NCBI GenBank assembly: GCA_040954595.2
Contig: CM082591.2
Span: 3,581,957 to 3,645,956 of the forward strand
Reading direction: 5' to 3'
Source of the DNA: Balanoglossus misakiensis
Taxonomy: Eukaryota; Animalia; Hemichordata
Length of the DNA stretch: 64,000 bases
This document shows positions 58,246 to 64,000 of this stretch, piece by piece. How positions within the stretch are numbered: position 1 is the first letter of the stretch; each line of letters opens with the position of its first letter. A program made the translations under genes and the position numbers. The notes below the pieces were generated by a model that worked only from the letters and a program-made list of their open reading frames with translations, did not search any database and was not told the DNA's origin.

Positions 58246-58548
58246 GATGTTATATGAAGCTGCGTATATGTAAACTAATATTGATTTACAAATAATATAT
58301 ATGTGTGTGTAAAAAATAGACAGGTTGAAATTTTGCATTTAACACACACATGAAAAAGACACATAAAGTTGACATTTCATTGAATTTTGTCTTACAAACT
58401 CACACATACACACGTGTTTACTTGTGTGTGTGATAAAATATACACCAGCCATGGAGGTATCGTCTTTTTAAGACTCTTCCTCTGTAAATGGTTACATAAA
58501 TTTTCAGTGGGTTATTGTTTCACTGGAATGGCCCTAAACAAAACTTGT

Positions 58549-58633
58549 GCTTCCACATCAGAGTGGCATCGAAGATTGGCTACCTATTATTTCAAAGTTT
58601 TACGCCAATCTTGTCATAAACTGAGTTGAAAGC
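58549..58633 (-). promoter_or_regulatory. Eukaryotic SECIS element (selenocysteine insertion sequence) in the 3'UTR of the ArsS-like gene
   Basis: Minus strand reads GCTTTCAACTCAG-TTT-ATGAC-AAGATTGGC-GT-AAAA-CTTTGAAATAATAGGTA-GCCAATCTT-CGAT-GCCACT-CTGATGTGGAAGC. It has an AUGAN/NGAN core (58617-58613 / 58571-58568), a perfect 9-bp helix II, apical AAAA 11 nt after the core, and helix I (GCUUUC..AC.UCAG / CUGA.GU.GGAAGC). Confidence 0.9.
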
Positions 58634-58871
58634 AACAAATATGGTCTGGCCTCGTAACATCATGATTCATGTCACATATGATTCATATGCTAGACATCGT
58701 GACTGAAATTTGTAATTATACTTCACATAAAAGTTACAAACAATTGCTGCATTACAAACACCAACGTAAGCTGCCCAAATTGTATACATTTTGGAATTCT
58801 GCGAGTACTCTTTTTGAACTCTGACCCCATGACAGCATGGTTACTGAGCTCTGACCCCATGACATGCACAG

Positions 58872-59026
58872 TTACTGTGCAGTGACCCCCTGTCAGCTGC
58901 TTCCCATACCGGCTGTGCATCCAAAGCAATGGTTGTCAGTTGCGATTCTGATATCGTGGAGATCCTCTGCCGATTCAATATCCCATATTGAAAGGAAATT
59001 AGATTTCACTTGTCTGTGATGAGCAG
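58872..59026 (-). CDS. arsS: ArsS-like gene exon 8, coding part (…IATDNHCFGCTAGMGSSUQGVTAQ*) containing the Sec UGA
   Basis: Acceptor gtctcttttaatag|CT; reads CAT TGC TTT GGA TGC ACA GCC GGT ATG GGA AGC AGC TGA CAG GGG GTC ACT GCA CAG TAA. Confidence 0.92.
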
Positions 59027-62000
59027 CTATTAAAAGAGACAGAAACATTTAGTCATTTTTTTCTGATAGTCCTAAACAGTATTTTGGTGTCTGCAATTCC
59101 CTTGTGAAAATGTTCTATAGAATAAACATTATCATACTCACCCAATTTCTTTGCACTAACACCAATATCTAGCTGTTGATTCAAATCACAGTCAAACAAT
59201 TTGCCATTGTAGTTGACACTTAGTGTATTGTAACACATCAGACCTTCGGCAGTAGTAGGGTTGAAATTACGAACCAACAAATCCATGTACCCTTGCAACT
59301 CATTTCTGGAAAGTAAGAGAGGACATTGAACTTTGTCACTTTATTTTTATTGTAAAGTCATAATGAATACACGTCCATCTTAACTGTAGCGTGGCAACGA
59401 AGCATACACGTTAATCTGATTGATATATGATTTCTTACTGTGTATCTCTTTTTGTGTATGTGTGTTTGTGGATGTCTGTATGTATATTTCTTCCTTACCT
59501 TCTGTACAGAAAATCGGCGAATCGTTTGATGGGCACATTGGTGAGTGTGAACAGTCTGTTGAACTCTATCCCGAAAGTCTCCAGCAGTTCTTCCTTGTAT
59601 TTCTCCTCTAGTTCCTTCTGAGGTGGTGGAAGAAAACCACCTGGCAAGGTATAATATCATACAGACCATTGGTTGAAACACAGTGAGAAAGTTTTTTGGG
59701 GGGACTTACACGAAAGCACAAAAAGTAAAACTGAAAATATTGCGATTGTGATGCCAACAAGCCACCATCAGCTGTAACAACGACTACTTACCCAATGGAT
59801 TATAAATCAAATTGAGCTCCAGACCAGTACCATCTTTGCCGTATCCCAACGAATTCAGCACAAGCAAAGCTTGGATACTTTTATCGAATACACCCTGACC
59901 CCTCTGCAAGTTGACATTCTTCTTACTGAAAAATAAATACAGGTAGATTATTTTAATGATACAATGTCAAGTCACACGTATTTATGATTTAACTCATTAG
60001 AGTCCCATTGGAAAGCTACTTGCACATATAAATACTTGCTGACATCATTTTAGGTACATACCAGAAATTGTTATTGAAATTTTGACTGGTTTTATTCTCT
60101 TTCTATGCAAGGTGACAGCAGATCAGAGCAAAAGCACTCGAAAATAATCAAAATTACATATTACTCTATTTCATAAAAACGGCATTAAAAACAGAGTAAG
60201 ATCATTATCATCTACTGGGGGCGCTATAACACAGACAGAAGTTTGTTTGTTTCTGTGATCAGAACATCTGTCATCATGACTGGGGTGTTTTTAACCAGCC
60301 ATATGGCAAACAGTCTAACAGGTGTTAATCTGAATAGTTTTTTTTTTTGCAAAGTCACACTATTTTTATCACTGACTTATAAATACAGAATTCTATTTTT
60401 TTTAAATATATGTTTCCCAGAGACTGATTTCCTTCTTCTTGGTATATTTACAAAACGTTTTTTTTTTCAATGCTCTAAGTCAAAGCCGATATAAATTAAA
60501 GTAGACATTTTTGCTTTATATTTGTACTTAAATTACATTGACATATAATATATATGTAAAAATCAGGAAAATTACAATATTTTAAATTTTGAGTAAACCA
60601 CTAACTTAAATGTTCACAAAATTTAAAGCAGAAATACTATTGAATACAAAAACTGCAATATCTAGTCAGACATTTACCTGTAGCATGGCAACGAGGCAAA
60701 AACTTTAATCTGATTGTCAGCTAAGAATTTAGCGGTGTCCTCCTGACCTGGCTCCAACAATCCTGTCAGATTGCACCTGTCAATCACTTGTTTGCCGAGG
60801 TCTCTTCCAGACTTGGCGAGATACCGGAATTCCTGGCACAGCTCTGGAGCACCCCCTGGCATGAAGAGAAAAATATCCAGACATTTATCACTTATTTTCA
60901 TATTTTATATTTAATTTTTTTTAATTTTAATTTACACACAAGCTCAGGCCCCAGACAAAAATGGCAGCTGACAACACTGAAATTCCAATTGGTTTACATC
61001 TTGTCAAAAACAAAAATTAGTAAAATTTTTATTGACAAATACTAAGTTGTGAACCCTAATACATTTATGCATACTACAGATGGTGTGAGCTCAGCACACA
61101 CATGAAATCGTTATATCAAAATAGTCTGCATAACAAGATGGTCACCTAACTAATTTACATACCCTCTAACTTTTGACTTATTTCCCTGGGGTTTATTGTC
61201 CTATGTAAACAACTTCAGTTTCCCATAAGACTTCAAAATGCATGATTAAATGCCTAGTCATAGCTACTATTCTTGACAATTTCCGACCAGCAAAAAATAC
61301 ATGGGCAGTATATTTCATTATATACTCCATTCTTCACAATAAAAAATGCAATATCATCATTACCGGTACAGATATTCAAATGAGCCCAGCCCTAGACACT
61401 GAAACAGCCCTGACCTGTGATATTGGATAACAGTATTTAATCTAAGAAAACATAACCTTTGACATCAGACAACATAACCTTTTCAAATTGCACTGGGCAA
61501 GTGCCAAAACACAGTCAGACTGTGTCAATAATCTTATCATAAAATGTAACAGTGTGTGTAATGTACTTGCTTTTTGTCATAACTGTGTTAAACAACAACT
61601 GTCTCGTCTCGTGATCTGGCCATATGTCAAGTCACAATCACTTCAGAATCTGGTTGCCTGTGTTATGACATAGAACATTTATACCTACAACCACCACAAC
61701 CATGGAAACTCCAAAGTCTGCACTGGAGGTGACAAGGGGGGGTTAAAATCACAACATGGAAAGCTATGTGTTTTTACCTGTCAAATCTAATGTATGAATG
61801 GATGGACTCTTCCGAAGGAGGTCAATGCACTTTTCAGCTGTTTGCCTGCTCATCATTTCTTTCCTCTTGGGGGAGGACTCAACATGGCAGTGGTTGCAGG
61901 CTTGGTTGCAATACAATCCAATATTCAACTGAAGTACGTCTGTCTGTCTTCTCTTCAAGAGACCTTCCACTATAAAAAAATATATAATCATAATTGTATT

Positions 62001-63140
62001 AGTTAGGATATTAAACTCATTAAACTTTTTTCACATTTTATAATTTTTTCTGTTAAAAAGTTTCAGAATGACCCATCATCACTGAAGCTTATGAACTCCC
62101 ATTTCTTAAACATGGCAAAAATCGGCCATCTTGAAATTGTGTCGGCCATCTTGAAATTGTGTCGACCATATGAGATTTTCATCACTCACTTAGGTAGTCA
62201 TTGCAGCAAGCACAGTCAGCTTTCCTCTAAAATATCATTGGATGACATTACCTGACATTTCATGCTTCTTCAGCTGTTGTTTAACAAATTCTCTGAAATG
62301 CGGCACTCCTAGATTGTGCAATGCTCTCTGCCTTTGCTTTCTCTCCTCTCGAGTCAGTTTAGCCTGGCCAAGCTTTCTCAGGTTTTCAGCTGTGATTTTG
62401 AAGTCCTCGTTTTCTTCCATGTACTTCAGTGTTTCGGGAATTAGAGAGCCCTGTATACGACGAAAGGATCAATCAATCAATCAATCAACTGGTGATTTAG
62501 CAGTAAAGGCAAACCCTACCAACCAAAACAGGTTGCACAACTCATAGTTTAAACCTCAAACGTCAATGTGTGATGTTTGAGGTTTAAACTATGAGTTATG
62601 CAACCTGTTTTGGTTGGTGAGTAAAGGACCAACGAAAACCAACAATGCACAATCGCATATTTTGGACCTTCTATAACAAAGTGAAATTCGTCCTCAAGTA
62701 AAGACACGTATGTCAGTTTCACTTTTTTATCACTGGAGCGCCTATAACTCTACATCCGATTTTAAACAGATTGTAATTTGTACGGCGTTTCATATCCCAA
62801 AACTTTCGTTTATATTGGGGGATTCGGGTGAGGGGTCGCAATTAATCCAGTATTAATCCGTTTAGCCTACCTGAGCTCTTTTCTCGAGGTTCTTCAGTCC
62901 AATCCATGTTGGTTCTCTACGCGGCGGGGGTTTCTCGGGTCGCTTGAGTTGGTGTTGGTGCGTGTTGACGTCGGTGTTGTAGTCTGGTAGCTGTGTACTC
63001 TTCACGGCTGCTTCGCGCATTTCGCTGGACGTGCTCAAGCGAGACGAAGCTATCGGCTGGATGAGCGACAATATGCGAGGAGTCCGACAACATATTGTCA
63101 TACTTCGCGAAACGTGTCTTTGCGTGAGAAATAACGCCAT
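58872..63140 (-). CDS. arsS: ArsS-family radical SAM / DUF3641 selenoprotein (arsenosugar biosynthesis radical SAM homologue), 8 exons, 477 aa, Sec at residue 471; complement(join(58872..59026,59142..59305,59499..59640,59792..59925,60678..60855,61778..61969,62252..62450,62871..63140))
   Basis: All 7 introns are GT..AG with consistent phases (0,1,1,2,1,2,1); exon lengths sum to 1434 nt = 478 codons. The spliced product has LQLNIGLYCNQACNHCHVESSPKR (CxxxCxxC), DLTGGAPE, IDRCNLT, ASLPCYS, QRGQGVFDKSIQAL, LNLIYNPLGGFLPPPQ, FNRLFTLTNVPIKRF, LMCYNTLSV..GKLFDCDLNQQL and HCFGCTAGMGSS[TGA]QG, recognised as ArsS/TIGR04167 + DUF3641 motifs. TGA at 58893-58895, TAA at 58872-58874. Confidence 0.93.
59142..59305 (-). 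CDS. arsS: ArsS-like gene exon 7 (NELQGYMDLLVRNFNP...LMC...DCDLNQQL...)
   Basis: Acceptor ctcttactttccag|A, donor TTGG|GTGAGT. Confidence 0.93.
59499..59640 (-). CDS. arsS: ArsS-like gene exon 6 (GFLPPPQKELEEKYKEELLETFGIEFNRLFTLTNVPIKRFADFLYR; start of DUF3641 region)
   Basis: Acceptor ccttgccag|GT, donor GAAG|GTAAGG; the correct frame differs from the ORF-track call 59358..59681. Confidence 0.93.
59792..59925 (-). CDS. arsS: ArsS-like gene exon 5 (KKNVNLQRGQGVFDKSIQALLVLNSLGYGKDGTGLELNLIYNPL)
   Basis: Absent from the ORF track and translated by hand; acceptor tatttttcag|T, donor TTGG|GTAAGT. Confidence 0.93.
60678..60855 (-). CDS. arsS: ArsS-like gene exon 4 (GGAPE motif to ASLPCY)
   Basis: Acceptor ttctcttcatgccag|GG, donor TACAG|GTAAAT; joining to exon 3 rebuilds DLTGGAPE. 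Confidence 0.95.
61778..61969 (-). CDS. arsS: ArsS-like gene exon 3 (radical SAM CxxxCxxC motif)
   Basis: Acceptor tttttttatag|TG, donor ACAG|GTAAAA; encodes LQLNIGLYCNQACNHCHVESSPKRKEMM...TLDLT. Confidence 0.95.
62252..62450 (-). CDS. arsS: ArsS-like gene exon 2 (GSLIPETLKYMEENEDF...KKHEMS)
   Basis: Acceptor tatacag|GGC, donor TCAG|GTAATG; open and in phase with exons 1 and 3. Confidence 0.87.
62518..62618. repeat. Near-perfect ~100-bp palindrome in intron 1 of the ArsS-like gene
   Basis: accaaccaaaacaggttgcacaactcatagtttaaacctcaaacgtca, short loop, then tgatgtttgaggtttaaactatgagttatgcaacctgttttggttggt; arms of about 47 bp with 2 mismatches. Confidence 0.9.
62871..63140 (-). CDS. arsS: ArsS-like gene exon 1 (putative mitochondrial presequence and linker)
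   Basis: ATG in aacATGg context; donor CAG|GTAGGC at 62870; 90 codons, phase 0; first 39 aa are R/S/T/L-rich with no D or E. Least conserved exon, so least certain. Confidence 0.78.
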
Positions 63141-63537
63141 GTTCAGTCAACGCACTGGCATGAACTTTGAAGTTACGTGACACGCATCCTTATCACGGAC
63201 TGTGCATATACAATGTGCGCCAAGCTTGGCCCAAAGGAGGAAAATATCAGTAACCTTTGGCCAATATCGGATACTATACGGTTCTTTCGTTTTTGTATTA
63301 AACGTAAACTGTCGACTGCAGTATCAAACTTTACAAGTAATTTTGAAACAAGAAATGTGGCCAATTGCAAATTTTACCTAGAAATTATTATCGGTAGGTA
63401 GTTTATTACACGTATTAATTTAGATGCAACGATCAACCAATCCAGGACTTATGCTCTGCCAATGTCTTAGTACGGAATGTAGAAGGGAAAAGGGAACGTG
63501 CGAAAGCATGGCTCTTGAGCATGCTTGTATTGTCACA

Positions 63538-63551
63538 GCGCCCCCTAGAGG
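63538..63551. promoter_or_regulatory. CTCF-like motif ~400 bp upstream of the ArsS-like start codon
   Basis: GCGCCCCCTAGAGG, one mismatch to the CTCF core GCGCCCCCTNGTGG; motif match only. Confidence 0.4.
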
Positions 63552-64000
63552 TAAACAGTAAAGAAATACCACATCTATTTGCATATGATGAATCACAACA
63601 TCTGTTTTAATATGAAGACACAGTAACCTTTTTTCTAGTGTTTGACTACAACTGTTGGCTCATTACGGCAACTGGATTAATTTTACTCGAGTTTTTGATT
63701 CATATTAAAAGGATATCTGATGTTTCCTCAACAAATAAAGTGACCATTACTTCATATTTCAAAAGGAAGAAAAAAACAAACAAGGGGTAAATGAAACAGA
63801 CCCCATTTCTTTAACAGCGGGCAGAACACACACAATTCAAATATAAATACATTTTGATGTCAAGAAAAAAAGGTACAAAATTAAGAAAATAACTGTTCTC
63901 CAAAGAAATACACTTTGAAATTGCAAAAAATGTATGTCTATCGAGGAAAAATCACTGTGGTCGATTACATCACAATGGAGAGGAAGACAGAACTGTTTTT

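Noticed and set aside
58893-58895. Reading the TGA as the normal stop or as a pseudogenising mutation
   Set aside because: It aligns with the family's terminal Cys/Sec, is followed by xG as in homologues and then a TAA, a SECIS lies downstream, and all other exons are intact.
58872-63140. Bacterial contamination or a recent prokaryotic insertion of arsS
   Set aside because: Seven GT-AG introns, a eukaryotic 3'UTR SECIS, host-like repeats in the introns and no arsM or other operon genes.
1-64000. tRNA, rRNA, CRISPR arrays and the remaining short ORFs in the track
   Set aside because: No cloverleaf, rRNA-like or repeat-spacer pattern seen by eye; the remaining ORFs are short, mostly non-ATG or microsatellite-derived and at chance-level frequency.

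Overview
AT-rich, repeat-laden animal genomic DNA with spliceosomal introns and microsatellites; the gene and repeat style suggests a marine invertebrate deuterostome such as a hemichordate or echinoderm (inference). Four protein-coding genes are supported: two paralogous class A GPCRs with intronless CDS arranged tail-to-tail (13325-14305 +, 29383-30387 -), an intronless heparan sulfate 3-O-sulfotransferase family gene (56223-57452 -), and an 8-exon minus-strand gene (63140 to 58872) that the ORF track shows only in fragments. Splicing those 8 exons by hand gives a 477-aa radical SAM protein of the ArsS (arsenosugar biosynthesis)/DUF3641 family. Its last conserved Cys codon is an in-frame TGA (HCFGCTAGMGSS-U-QGVTAQ*), and a canonical eukaryotic SECIS lies about 280 nt downstream in the 3'UTR. 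The main finding is therefore an animal, intron-containing, possibly mitochondrion-targeted ArsS-type radical SAM selenoprotein. The rest of the window is intergenic DNA with MITE-like palindromes, LINE and transposon remnants, dispersed repeats and a CAGCTG E-box cluster. No tRNA, rRNA or CRISPR array was seen.
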